Notes: generated from the sequence alone by a model not told the origin. DNA of 44,505 nt from Mycoplasmatota bacterium (GCA_012727915.1 JAAYGD010000037.1:1-44505), one strand, 5' to 3'; positions 28,887-39,600 are shown, numbered from the stretch's first letter. Numbers and translations: made by a program.

Positions 28887-29435
28887 TCACTCTTCTTTAT
28901 ACTTATGTGAAAACAAATCAGTTTCTTCATTTATCTCATTTTCTTTTTCTATTTTAGGCAAATCTTCAATAGATTTTAATCCAAAATAATCAAGAAATTC
29001 ATTTGTTGTTTTATATAATATTGGATTTCCTATTGAATCTTTTCTACCACTTTCTTTTAGGAACCCTTTTAATACTAATTTCTTAATTAAACTAACACTG
29101 TTAATACCTCTAATTGTTTCTACTTCCATTCTAGTTATAGGTTGATTATATGCGACAATTGCTAATACTTCTATAGCTTGTTCAGATAGAATATTCTCAC
29201 TTTCTTCAATTAATTTTTTATAATAATCTTTATGCTCCATTTTTGTGGTTAATTTTATAGAATTACCTAAATAATCAATTCTTAATCCTCTATTATCTTT
29301 TTGATACTCTTCTTTTAAATCCAATATTAATCTTTTTGTTTCATCTTCACTTATATTTAAAACACTAGATATTAGGTCTATCGTAATACCATCATCTCCA
29401 ACTACAAACAATAATCCTTCTAAAATTGCAATCAT
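28887..29435 (-). CDS. scpB: SMC-Scp complex subunit ScpB
   Basis: LEGLLFVVG, LS..A.EVLAIVAY.QPITR..VE.IRG, G.PILY.TT..FLDYFGL.S..DLP. Confidence 0.95.
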   Translation of the reverse strand: MIAILEGLLFVVGDDGITIDLISSVLNISEDETKRLILDLKEEYQKDNRGLRIDYLGNSIKLTTKMEHKDYYKKLIEESENILSEQAIEVLAIVAYNQPITRMEVETIRGINSVSLIKKLVLKGFLKESGRKDSIGNPILYKTTNEFLDYFGLKSIEDLPKIEKENEINEETDLFSHKYKEE

Positions 29436-29436
29436 A

Positions 29437-30156
29437 TTATACTCCCTTTAAAGAAATGATTATATTATCAAAATTTTTATCTTGTATCATTTCTATTTCA
29501 TCATTTTTTGCCATTTCTAATATTGATAAAAAAGTTACTACTATAAATGATTTTTCTTTAATTTCAAATAAATCAATGAAATTAATTTTAATTTTTTCTT
29601 TTAATAATTTTTTTATACTAATAATTCTCTCTTTAACAGAAAACTCTCTATTTGTAACTGTTGTTTTAAGTGGTTTTTCAAATTCTTTTCTATCTAAAAA
29701 ATTACTCATTGCTAATAACAAATCAGATAATGACAAATTAGTATTCTTTATTTTTAATCCTTCTATATAATCATCATAATTAGATGGAGATTTTGTATAT
29801 ATTTCTTTTCTTCTTTCTTCTAAGTTTCTAAAAGAATCCGTTACCTCTTTATATTTTTTATATTCAATCAATCTATTAATTAAATTATCTTTTGGATCTT
29901 CTTCATATTCATCCTCAATCACTTCTTGAGAAGGAAGAAGAGCTCTTGATTTTAATTCTATTAATTCAGCAGCCATAACTAAATAAGTAGATGCTACATC
30001 TAAATTTAAATCTTCCATTGCTTTAATATATTCTAAATATTGATTTGTAATATCTACTAAGTTAATTTCATAAATGTCAATATTACTCTTTTTTATTAAA
30101 TGCAACAATAAATCTAATGGACCTTCAAAATCATTGATTTTTACTTCATAATTCAT
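29437..30156 (-). CDS. scpA: Segregation and condensation protein ScpA
   Basis: FEGPLDLLLHLI, YLVMAAELI.LKS..LLP, VVTFLSILEM. Confidence 0.95.
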   Translation of the reverse strand: MNYEVKINDFEGPLDLLLHLIKKSNIDIYEINLVDITNQYLEYIKAMEDLNLDVASTYLVMAAELIELKSRALLPSQEVIEDEYEEDPKDNLINRLIEYKKYKEVTDSFRNLEERRKEIYTKSPSNYDDYIEGLKIKNTNLSLSDLLLAMSNFLDRKEFEKPLKTTVTNREFSVKERIISIKKLLKEKIKINFIDLFEIKEKSFIVVTFLSILEMAKNDEIEMIQDKNFDNIIISLKGV

Positions 30157-30157
30157 A

Positions 30158-31792
30158 CTATACTCTCTTTTTTAATTTTGACTTAATCTTATCAAAAATA
30201 GTGTTTCCAAATATTTCATAAAATGATTTGTTCTTTATCATTATTAACATATATATAATAGTTCCAATTATGGCATAAACACCTGCGATAACAAATGATA
30301 TCAATCTACTTTGAGTTTCCATTGGAATAATAAATTGCATTAACATCATAACTATTACCATAATAGTAGTACCAAATAGAATTTGTCCAATTTTTTTAAA
30401 AGAACTTTTATAATTTATATCAATTTTATTTTTTATATAATAAAAATTAATTAAAGCTGATACTCCAAATGCAATAATAGAAGATACTGTTAATCCATGA
30501 GCTGGATGCATTCCAATATATTCCATTAAATTCATCATAGGAATATTAAATATTAGTTTCAATATTAAACCAATAATTCCTGTTACTATTACTATTTTAG
30601 ACATTGAAATACAATTTAAAACAGAACAAGTAAGATTATAAACTACTACAAATATTGTTCTAATTATAAAAACTTGAAATATTAGTGTTCCCAATTCACT
30701 ATAACCATAAAATACAGTCCAAATAGGCTCTGATAAAATCGACATCATAAATACTAAAGGGACAACCACAAACAATAATGCTTGAATACTAGTATTAACT
30801 TTTTTTCTAATGTCTTCTTTATCTCCTTTTGCATAACTACTATTAATATTTGGGATCATACTTACTATTATTCCTACAGAAATAGAATATACAACTGCAT
30901 CTAATTTTGTACCCCAAGTAGATATTATGCTAGTTACAGCTTCTGCATCAGTTATTAAATAACCCAAATTAACCATAGTTTTATTTAAATTTGCTAAATC
31001 AACAAACTTATAACCAGATCTAACTACATCTATTAATATAAAAGGAACTGCATAAATAATAATCGTTTTAATTATATGTAATGCTTTAATTTTCTTTTCT
31101 TCTTCTTTTATTTCACCTATCTCTTTTATATTTTTTTGTTTTTTTATTTTCAAAAATAAATATAAATACGCAAATAAAGCACCAACAGTTGCACCAAATA
31201 CAGCAACTCCAACTGAATAAGTTAATCCAATTTTAAATACATACAAGGATAAATAAATACCAACTAACAAAAATGTAACTCTTGAAATTTGTTCAATTAC
31301 TTGACTCAATGAACTAGCAGTAATATATTTATGTCCTTGAAGATAACCTCTTGAAACACTAAGTATAGGAACAACCAATAATGCTGTTGCAATTACTCTT
31401 ATTACAAAAGATACTTCTTCTATTGTATTTCCACCTTTAATGTCTCCAATAAACATATAACCAATTTGTTCTGAAAAAACAAACATAAGTATAAAGCCTA
31501 TTAATCCCAAAGTAGTAATAAATATTTTACCAATTTTATATGCTTTTTCTTTTGCATAATGATACTCTAAAGCTTCATATTCACTAGTAATTTTACTAAT
31601 AGCAAAAGGAACTCCCGCAATAGAAATTCCTAAAAATAGAGAATATATAGAGTAAGCATATCCATATAATGCTCCTCCTTTTTCTCCAATCATTGGATAT
31701 AATATAATAGCATATAAAACTCCAATTATTCTACTAATTACAATTGAAGATGTTGCTACAACTGCTCCAGACATAAAAGAATTTTTTTTCAT
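30158..31792 (-). CDS. MOP-family polysaccharide/lipid II flippase (YtgP/MurJ-like)
   Basis: Multi-TM protein with SRIIG, GVPFAISK, SRGYLQG, SQVIEQISRV. Start MKKNS after AAGGTG. Confidence 0.85.
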   Translation of the reverse strand: MKKNSFMSGAVVATSSIVISRIIGVLYAIILYPMIGEKGGALYGYAYSIYSLFLGISIAGVPFAISKITSEYEALEYHYAKEKAYKIGKIFITTLGLIGFILMFVFSEQIGYMFIGDIKGGNTIEEVSFVIRVIATALLVVPILSVSRGYLQGHKYITASSLSQVIEQISRVTFLLVGIYLSLYVFKIGLTYSVGVAVFGATVGALFAYLYLFLKIKKQKNIKEIGEIKEEEKKIKALHIIKTIIIYAVPFILIDVVRSGYKFVDLANLNKTMVNLGYLITDAEAVTSIISTWGTKLDAVVYSISVGIIVSMIPNINSSYAKGDKEDIRKKVNTSIQALLFVVVPLVFMMSILSEPIWTVFYGYSELGTLIFQVFIIRTIFVVVYNLTCSVLNCISMSKIVIVTGIIGLILKLIFNIPMMNLMEYIGMHPAHGLTVSSIIAFGVSALINFYYIKNKIDINYKSSFKKIGQILFGTTIMVIVMMLMQFIIPMETQSRLISFVIAGVYAIIGTIIYMLIMIKNKSFYEIFGNTIFDKIKSKLKKRV

Positions 31793-31797
31793 TATAA

Positions 31798-32133
31798 TCA
31801 CCTTCTAGATTTGTAATAATGCCCCAAAAACATATACAATAAATATATTAATATAATTGTTACAAGCATTACAATAATAATCTTAAATAACAAAATATCA
31901 ATAAAGTTTATTATAGCATATCCAACAACTAATATAAAAGAATTTACAATTGAAATACTTGTATATAAACCTCTATATTCTTCTTTTTTAAAGTTTAATT
32001 TATATTTAGATTCCAAATATATTATTTCCATTATTTTTTTACCAGGTCTATATTTATTTTTAAAATAAAAATAAATTCTATAAAAAATAAAAACAAATAT
32101 AAAAATTATACTGTAGATAACAAAATAATCCAT
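31798..32133 (-). CDS. Small hypothetical membrane protein
   Basis: Three hydrophobic stretches, RBS AAGGAGG, packed tightly between its neighbours. Confidence 0.7.
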   Translation of the reverse strand: MDYFVIYSIIFIFVFIFYRIYFYFKNKYRPGKKIMEIIYLESKYKLNFKKEEYRGLYTSISIVNSFILVVGYAIINFIDILLFKIIIVMLVTIILIYLLYMFLGHYYKSRR

Positions 32134-32143
32134 ATATCCTCCT

Positions 32144-34531
32144 TTATATTTGTTCTATATATTCCAATAATTTAATGAACATTCTAATAAATTTTTCTTC
32201 CAAACCTTTTTTCTTCAATTTTCTAATAGATATTCTCTTCTTTTTAATTGTATTATTAGAAAATAAAATACTACTTATTTCATCTTTTAAACTAGTTTCT
32301 ATTGATAAATCACTAATGATTTCATCAATATCTTCATTTATTAACCTTACTGCATCTATCTCTATTGCTTTACCTTTACATATTACTGTCAATTGACCAA
32401 TTGTATTTACATCTTTAACTTCAATAATGAAATCTCTTTCATCTTCATATGAAGTAAATGGCATAATAGTGCCATCAAAATTAATAGATATATCACTAGT
32501 TTTTCTAGTATTTCTAAACTTAATTCTATAATTTCTTTTATCAGGAATAATTCCAGCTTTTCCTTCAACTGCTCTAATTATTACAGTATAATTATTTTCT
32601 TGATAATTATAATCTATTGCTGTTTTTAAATAATCTCCCTTTTTATAAAGATTACTCGTTCCATCATCTTCATACAATTCATAAACATTACTTCTTCCTT
32701 GAAAAATATTTATATCTAAAAATGTTGGTGATACTGGATTATTACTTATACTCCTTGCCATAGGAATAACTGCACCACTTCTTACAAATACTGGATAATC
32801 TTCATCTTTAAAAAATGATACATGGCTTCTTTCACCCGGGAATTTTTTTCCGGTTTTAAAATCATACCAAGTTCCTTTTGGTAAATAAAACTTATGCACT
32901 ACTCTATTCATTATTTGATCTTTCTTTGAAGTAATTGGACAAATTAAAAACTCTTTTCCAAAATAATATTGATTCTTAAATAATGCATCATCATATATTT
33001 CTATATTTTTATAATATAAAGGTTGAATAATAGGAAGACCATCTTTATGGTATCTATATGCTTCAGAGTAAATATAAGGAATTAACTTATTTCTAAGTTG
33101 CATATATTCCTTTACAATTTCAAAAGTTTGAACATTCCATCTCCATGGTTCTCTTTTATAATATCTACCTTTGTCTACATGTATTCTAAATATTGGACTA
33201 AAACATCCTAATTGAATATATCTAGTATATAATTCTCCATCTTCTATTCCCCCACTAAAGCCACCTATATCGTGACTCCACCAAGAAATACCAATATTAG
33301 ATGCACTAGAATAAGTTTCTGGTAATAATTTTAAAGTATTCCATCCCACCTTAGTTTTACCGGAATATAAAATTCCATATCTATGAGAAGAAATCATTGG
33401 ATTTCTTGCAATATACATACCTCTTTTTATATCGGCTCTTCCTGAATCTAAATATCCATAATGACTATTAGCAAAATAAATATTTGTGTTAGTATCATCA
33501 TGAAAATCATTCCAAAAGAAATCTATTCCTATACTTTCTAAAGGATGAATTAAAAGCTTAAAATATACATCCAAAAATACTGGAGAGTATGGTGCATACT
33601 TAATAGGTACCCCTTCCAATACATTTATATATTTTCTCGCTTCATTATAATTAACTTCATTAGGTAATATTCCTTCTTTTGGATTAACATTTAAACCTAT
33701 TCTTATACCTCTATTATGAATGTTTTTTATAAATACTGTTGGATCTTTAATCAATTCTTTATTAAATGAATATCCAGTTTCCAATTCTTTTCTTCCATTA
33801 TACTCTCTACTATGCCAATCCTTATCTAATAACAATACCGATATAGGAATCTCTTCTTTAGTAAACCTTATAAATAATCTATTAATCATATCATCATTAT
33901 ATTTAAAATCTTTACTCCACCATATTCCAAAAGCATATCTTGGTAACATTGGAGGTATACCAGTTAATAAAAAATAATCTTTTAAAATACTAGTAAAATC
34001 ATTTCTATACATAAATACATATATATCTATTACTTCTTCTTTTCTACTTGCTAAAGATCCATCATCATTTACAACAAATGTATTAGAATCATTAATAGAC
34101 GCAAAACCATCAGTAGAAAACAATCCCTTTTGAAATAATATTTTTTTACCATCTAAATTTAACATATTAGCATTAAAATTTCTAACTTCCGGATTTGTAT
34201 AATACCAAACTTTATCAGTACCTTCTAAAGTTATTCTTAAGTTAGAAGTTGATTTAATATCACTATCTTTTACATAAGTCAAATTAAAATAATTAGTACT
34301 AATATCTAAATATCTTTCATCTTGTTTAATATTAAAATAAGGTACATCAAAATTTCTAAAGAGCGCAAATTGAGTAGGTCTATCATTAAATATACCTTTT
34401 TCACTATACTCTATTCTTAATAACTTATCAGTTAATACAGTAATTCTATATTTTTTTCCCTTAAAAACAGCCTTTTCTTTAGAAATGGCTTTTTCTTTAT
34501 CAAAAACAAATTGTGCTCCCAAATCATACAT
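32144..34531 (-). CDS. Glycoside hydrolase family 31-like protein (acid/base residue apparently substituted)
   Basis: LTG.PPMLPRYAFG.WWS, WWSHDIGGF, ELYTRY.Q.G.FSPI.R.H, LR.KLIPYIY, YEDDG. Confidence 0.85.
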   Translation of the reverse strand: MYDLGAQFVFDKEKAISKEKAVFKGKKYRITVLTDKLLRIEYSEKGIFNDRPTQFALFRNFDVPYFNIKQDERYLDISTNYFNLTYVKDSDIKSTSNLRITLEGTDKVWYYTNPEVRNFNANMLNLDGKKILFQKGLFSTDGFASINDSNTFVVNDDGSLASRKEEVIDIYVFMYRNDFTSILKDYFLLTGIPPMLPRYAFGIWWSKDFKYNDDMINRLFIRFTKEEIPISVLLLDKDWHSREYNGRKELETGYSFNKELIKDPTVFIKNIHNRGIRIGLNVNPKEGILPNEVNYNEARKYINVLEGVPIKYAPYSPVFLDVYFKLLIHPLESIGIDFFWNDFHDDTNTNIYFANSHYGYLDSGRADIKRGMYIARNPMISSHRYGILYSGKTKVGWNTLKLLPETYSSASNIGISWWSHDIGGFSGGIEDGELYTRYIQLGCFSPIFRIHVDKGRYYKREPWRWNVQTFEIVKEYMQLRNKLIPYIYSEAYRYHKDGLPIIQPLYYKNIEIYDDALFKNQYYFGKEFLICPITSKKDQIMNRVVHKFYLPKGTWYDFKTGKKFPGERSHVSFFKDEDYPVFVRSGAVIPMARSISNNPVSPTFLDINIFQGRSNVYELYEDDGTSNLYKKGDYLKTAIDYNYQENNYTVIIRAVEGKAGIIPDKRNYRIKFRNTRKTSDISINFDGTIMPFTSYEDERDFIIEVKDVNTIGQLTVICKGKAIEIDAVRLINEDIDEIISDLSIETSLKDEISSILFSNNTIKKKRISIRKLKKKGLEEKFIRMFIKLLEYIEQI

Positions 34532-34599
34532 TGAATCACCCCAGTTATTCTATGATATAAATATATCACATTTAAATACTTAAAACAATAAAAAAGGGA

Positions 34600-35988
34600 T
34601 TAACCCTCAATTATTTTGACCACTTCCTCTTTATCACTAAAGTGATGTTTAGTATCTCCTATTATTTGATAAGGCTCATGGCCTTTACCTAAAATCAACA
34701 AAACATCATTTTCTTTTAATAGACTTACTCCTTTTTTAATAGCGCTAACTCTATCAAATATAATTTCAAAGTTATCTTTATTTAAATCTCTAACAATATC
34801 ATCCATAATTTGTTTTTCATCCTCAAATCTTGGGTTATCATTTGTAAAGATTACATAATCAGATTTGTCAGTAGAAATTTTTCCCATAATAGGTCTTTTT
34901 GCTCTATCTCTATTACCACCACAACCTACAATTGTATATACTTTTCCCTTTTTATATTCATTAATACTATTTAATATGTTTTCTATAGCATCAGGGCTAT
35001 GCGCAAAATCAATAATTATATAAGAATCTTTATAATTGATTAAATCATATCTTCCATCAGGCGCTATTAATTCTTTAGTTTTTTCTAATATTAAATTAGA
35101 ATCAAATCCAAACTTTAATGCACTAATAAATGCATTCATATAATTATAAATATTATATTTTCCAGGAAGCAACAATTCAACATCATATATTTTACTTTTA
35201 TTTTCTATTTTAAAATTTGCTTCAATTTTAAATTCAGAACCATTCATATGTAAATGTATATCATATATTTTAAAATCACTTGAGGATTCTCCATAATAAA
35301 TATTATTATTTGTTTCTAATGCAAAGTTTTTATGATGAGGATCATCTTCATTAATAATTGCTAATCTATCTCCTCTTAACATTTTAAATAATTCTAACTT
35401 ACAATTCATATAATTTTCCATAGTTAAATGATAATCTAAATGATCTTGAGTTAAATTAGTAAAACAAGCAAGATCAAATTCTAATCCTGTTACTCTTCCA
35501 TATGATATAGCTTGACTACTTACTTCCATTACAATAGTCTTTATATTTTTTTCTTTACACTTTAAAAACATTTCATATAAATCAGTAATTTCTGGAGTAG
35601 TATTGTCTAACGAAACACATTCATCTTCTAAGATAAAACCAATAGTACCTATATATGCTGTCTTATGCCCCAATTTATTAAACAATTGATATACTAAATA
35701 ACTACTAGTAGTTTTACCATTAGTACCCGTTATTCCAATAAATTTAATATCTTTCAATTCATTATAATAAGTATCTTTTAAATATTTAGATAAAAAATCT
35801 TTTGTATTATCTACAATAACAGTTTCAACACTATAATTTCCATGCTCTGCGATAATCTTTGAAGCACCATTACTTATTGCTTGTTCTATATAATCATGAC
35901 CATCTCTACTTATTCCTTTTATTGCAATAAAAGTATCACCTTTAACTATTTTTCTAGAATCTAATTTTATATCCACTTTACACCTCAT
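34600..35988 (-). CDS. murE: UDP-MurNAc-L-Ala-D-Glu--diamino acid ligase
   Basis: DSR, GITGTNGKTT, NTTP, MEVSS, FTNLTQDHLDYH, DFAHSPD, GCGGNRD..KRP.MG, DNPR, GKGHE. Alternative GTG start at 35976. Confidence 0.95.
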   Translation of the reverse strand: MRCKVDIKLDSRKIVKGDTFIAIKGISRDGHDYIEQAISNGASKIIAEHGNYSVETVIVDNTKDFLSKYLKDTYYNELKDIKFIGITGTNGKTTSSYLVYQLFNKLGHKTAYIGTIGFILEDECVSLDNTTPEITDLYEMFLKCKEKNIKTIVMEVSSQAISYGRVTGLEFDLACFTNLTQDHLDYHLTMENYMNCKLELFKMLRGDRLAIINEDDPHHKNFALETNNNIYYGESSSDFKIYDIHLHMNGSEFKIEANFKIENKSKIYDVELLLPGKYNIYNYMNAFISALKFGFDSNLILEKTKELIAPDGRYDLINYKDSYIIIDFAHSPDAIENILNSINEYKKGKVYTIVGCGGNRDRAKRPIMGKISTDKSDYVIFTNDNPRFEDEKQIMDDIVRDLNKDNFEIIFDRVSAIKKGVSLLKENDVLLILGKGHEPYQIIGDTKHHFSDKEEVVKIIEG

Positions 35989-37561
35989 TAAATGTATCTA
36001 ACAAATCATTTTCAAATAAAGCATAAGTACTCTTACCCTTTAATTCATTTAACAATAGATAAGCCTCTTTAACATTATTAATTATATGTATCTTTTCTTC
36101 ATTATATTCCATAGATAACAATCCATCCAATATTGGTTCAGTTTGCTTTTTTCCAACCAATATAACTTCATCTGCAACCTTAGCAATTTCCATTCCAAAT
36201 TCCATATTTAATTTATATTCTTTTTCTCCTAATTCAATCATTCCAGGAGTTACTACTATTTTTTTACCTGGCATCATATCCAATACTTCAAGAGCAGACT
36301 TAGCTCCTACTGGATTAGAATTATAAGCATCATCTATTATATAAATACCATTTTGTTCTTTTAATTCCAATCTATGTTCTATTGGTTTTAATTTTTTAAC
36401 AGCTCTTTGTAAATTCTCTATATCAATTCCAAATTCCAATCCTAAAGCAACAGCTCCTAATATATTATATACATTATGTTTACCTAATAAAGTTGTTTCA
36501 AATTTATACTTCTTCTTTTTTATTATTATATTAAATACCAATCCATTATTAGACATCTTAATATCAGATGCATATATATCAGCTTCCTTATTGTCTATTC
36601 CAATCCAAATAATCTTACATTTATTTTTCAATTTATAACTAACTTGATTAGCATCATCTTTATTTAAAACTGCAATTCCATCACTTGGTAAACTTTCTAT
36701 CAATTCAAACTTACCTTTTTGAATATTTTCTTCACTCTTAAAGGTTTCCAAATGCGCTAAACCGATAGAAGTAATTATTCCATATTTAGGATGAACTATA
36801 TCACATAATTCCTTAATATCTCCTAACTTACATGCTCCCATTTCAACTACAAACATTTCTGTAAACTTATCCAAATCATTATTGATAGTTTTCATAATTC
36901 CATTAGGAGTATTAAAGCTCTTTGGTGTAGTAAAAGATATATATTTTGAATTTAATATATCATTTAATATATTCTTACTACTTGTCTTTCCATAACTACC
37001 AGTAACTCCAATTACCTTTAAATTAGGTCTATCTTTTAATTTTTCTTTTGCACTCTTTAAATAATAATTAAATACCATTAATTCAATTGGTTTATTTATT
37101 AAATTCGCAATATAAGTAATTACATAAGATAAAAAAGAAAACATAAAAAATATAGAAGAAATAGTTGCTAATCCCATTTTATCATAATTAATATATACAA
37201 AATAAATCATCACTCCAAACAATATAAATATAGTAAGCATTAATCTTTTAATTCTACTAGTAATTACAAATTTCTTCTTCTTTTGTTCTACCTTAGCGTG
37301 TTTTAATTCTATTACAAATGCAGTTGTATACACTAATAAATTAATTGCGAAATATTTATCAACCAATACTATTGTAATTATTAATACCGAAAATATAAAT
37401 ATTTCATAAGAACTAAATGTCTTACTAGTATTTTTAAATATCCATTTTAAATATCTATTGCTCTCATTATAGGAATTTTGTTGAAGCATATACATAGATT
37501 TCCTATACTTAAATAAAGTATAAAAGAAATATGGCATCAAGGAAAATAAGAACTCATTCAT
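35978..37561 (-). CDS. murF: MurF-type ligase with N-terminal transmembrane extension
   Basis: GVTGSYGKTS.K, SFNT..G, VEMGA, AHLETF, HRL, IDDAYNSNP.G, TPGMIELG. First ~170 aa hydrophobic. Start MNEFL after AGGAG. Confidence 0.8.
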   Translation of the reverse strand: MNEFLFSLMPYFFYTLFKYRKSMYMLQQNSYNESNRYLKWIFKNTSKTFSSYEIFIFSVLIITIVLVDKYFAINLLVYTTAFVIELKHAKVEQKKKKFVITSRIKRLMLTIFILFGVMIYFVYINYDKMGLATISSIFFMFSFLSYVITYIANLINKPIELMVFNYYLKSAKEKLKDRPNLKVIGVTGSYGKTSSKNILNDILNSKYISFTTPKSFNTPNGIMKTINNDLDKFTEMFVVEMGACKLGDIKELCDIVHPKYGIITSIGLAHLETFKSEENIQKGKFELIESLPSDGIAVLNKDDANQVSYKLKNKCKIIWIGIDNKEADIYASDIKMSNNGLVFNIIIKKKKYKFETTLLGKHNVYNILGAVALGLEFGIDIENLQRAVKKLKPIEHRLELKEQNGIYIIDDAYNSNPVGAKSALEVLDMMPGKKIVVTPGMIELGEKEYKLNMEFGMEIAKVADEVILVGKKQTEPILDGLLSMEYNEEKIHIINNVKEAYLLLNELKGKSTYALFENDLLDTFNEV

Positions 37562-37644
37562 ATTATCAACTCCTATTATCATTTTATCATAAAAAGTAAT
37601 ATATTATATAAACATTTTTTGATATAATTAAATTGGGTGAAATT

Positions 37645-38958
37645 ATGAAATATATTTCTATTCTATTTGGAAAATTAGCAATTATACTTACCAAATTATT
37701 AAATAAAAAAGGTACTAACCTTCCAGGAGTAGTATCAAAAAAGATTAATAAAAATATATTAAGTAAATTTAATATAAAAGGAACTGTAATCGCAGTAACA
37801 GGTAGTTCTGGAAAAGGAAGTATAACTTCTTTAATATCTAATACATTAATAAAATTAAATGAAGATGTTATTCATAATACATATGGTTCTAATTTAGATA
37901 CTGGTATTATTTCTTTATTTCTAAAACATTGTGATTTAAAAGGAAATATTAATTCTAAATACATTGTGCTTGAAGTAGATGAAAGATATACCAAATATAT
38001 ATTTAAAGATACAAAACCTAAATATGTATTAATAAATAATTTATCTAGAGATCAACCTCCAAGAAATATGCATTTTGATTTTGTATTTGATGCAATAAAT
38101 AAAAATATAACTAAAGATATGCATTTAATAATAAACAAAGATGATCCATATTTAAGAAAATTTATTACAAATAATAAAGTTACATACTATGGAATAGAAG
38201 ATACTAAATATTCATATAAAGAATCATTATTTAAAAATTTAAATATTACTAGATGCCCATTATGTAATTCAAAATTAAACTATAAACATTATTTTTTTGA
38301 AACACTTGGAAATTACTCTTGTACTAAATGTAATTTTAAAAGAGGAGATGTAGAATACAAATTAACTGATTTAAATTTTGATAATCTTACTATGATTATT
38401 AATAATAAATATAAAGTTAATTTTGGATTTGATATGTTATTCTCAGTTTATAATGTACTTGGAGCTTATACATTATTATCACAATTAAATATAAAGAAAA
38501 GTGAAATTGCTAATACTATTTCATCATTAGAAACTAATAAGAAAATATTTAATAAATATAAATTTAATAATAGAAGTGTATTTGTATTAAACAATAAGAA
38601 TGAAAATGCTACTACATTTAATCAATCAATGCTTTATATAAATAGAGATAATAATTTAAAAACAATAGTAATTGGATGGAAAGAAATAAGTAGAAGATAT
38701 AAATATGATGATATTTCTTGGTTATATGATATAGATTTTAATTTAATGAATAATATAGATAAAGTAATATGTGTTGGAGTTCATAAATATACAATTGCTA
38801 ATAGAATTAAATATGCAGGAATAGATGAAGATAAAATACTTGTATTTGATACTTTAAACGATAGTTATAGCGCCATTAAAGATAGTAATGGCAATATATA
38901 TGCTGTAGTTAATTTTGATTACGTAGAGCCATTTAATGCCCTTATAGGAGGTAACTAA
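37645..38958 (+). CDS. murT: Lipid II isoglutaminyl synthase subunit MurT (divergent)
   Basis: GTNLPG, P-loop-like TGSSGK, GSNL..G, LEVDE, NLSRDQ, zinc ribbon CPLC...CTKC, DUF1727-like DISWLYD. Overlaps the gatD-like gene. Confidence 0.82.
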   Translation: MKYISILFGKLAIILTKLLNKKGTNLPGVVSKKINKNILSKFNIKGTVIAVTGSSGKGSITSLISNTLIKLNEDVIHNTYGSNLDTGIISLFLKHCDLKGNINSKYIVLEVDERYTKYIFKDTKPKYVLINNLSRDQPPRNMHFDFVFDAINKNITKDMHLIINKDDPYLRKFITNNKVTYYGIEDTKYSYKESLFKNLNITRCPLCNSKLNYKHYFFETLGNYSCTKCNFKRGDVEYKLTDLNFDNLTMIINNKYKVNFGFDMLFSVYNVLGAYTLLSQLNIKKSEIANTISSLETNKKIFNKYKFNNRSVFVLNNKNENATTFNQSMLYINRDNNLKTIVIGWKEISRRYKYDDISWLYDIDFNLMNNIDKVICVGVHKYTIANRIKYAGIDEDKILVFDTLNDSYSAIKDSNGNIYAVVNFDYVEPFNALIGGN

Positions 38959-39575
38959 TGAATATAGTAATTGCGCACCTTTATTATGATATTCTAAACC
39001 TGTATGGTGAATCAGGTAATATAGATGTATTAGAATACCATTTAAAAGATAACAATATAAAATACACTATTAAAAAATTAACATTAGAAGATAAATTAAA
39101 CTTTGATGAATATGATTTAGTATATATGGGTTCAGGTACAGAAAACAATCAAGCATATGCTTTAAATCATTTAAAACAATATAAAGAAGATATAAAAAAA
39201 AATATAGATAACAATAAATTATTTCTAATTACAGGTAATTCAATTGAACTTTTTGGAAAAGATGCATTAAATATATTTGAATTCACTTCTGAAAAACAAG
39301 ATAAAAGAACAGTATTAGAAATAAATACAAAAATAGATCAATTTGATTCAAACATACTAGGATTTATTAATCAACAAACTAAACTAAATAAAGATACAGA
39401 ATTTATTATAAACAAAAACTTTATAGGAACGCATCTTCTTGGGCCAATACTTGCAAGAAATCCCGAAGTATTAAAATATTTATTTAATAAATTAACTATA
39501 ATAAAAAAATTAAATCTATCTTTAGATGAAAAAGCTTATAAAGAATATATTAACTTCAAAGAGAATGTAAAATAA
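38958..39575 (+). CDS. gatD: GatD/CobQ-like glutamine amidotransferase subunit (catalytic residues degenerate)
   Basis: HLY.D.LNLYGE.GN, DL.YMGSG.E..Q, GP.LARNP. TAATG stop/start overlap with murT. Confidence 0.8.
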   Translation: MNIVIAHLYYDILNLYGESGNIDVLEYHLKDNNIKYTIKKLTLEDKLNFDEYDLVYMGSGTENNQAYALNHLKQYKEDIKKNIDNNKLFLITGNSIELFGKDALNIFEFTSEKQDKRTVLEINTKIDQFDSNILGFINQQTKLNKDTEFIINKNFIGTHLLGPILARNPEVLKYLFNKLTIIKKLNLSLDEKAYKEYINFKENVK

Positions 39576-39600
39576 AAGTTATTATATTCTTTTATTTTTT
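39571..39600 (+). terminator. Putative weak intrinsic terminator after gatD
   Basis: aataaaag-N10-cttttatt followed by a T run. Confidence 0.35.
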
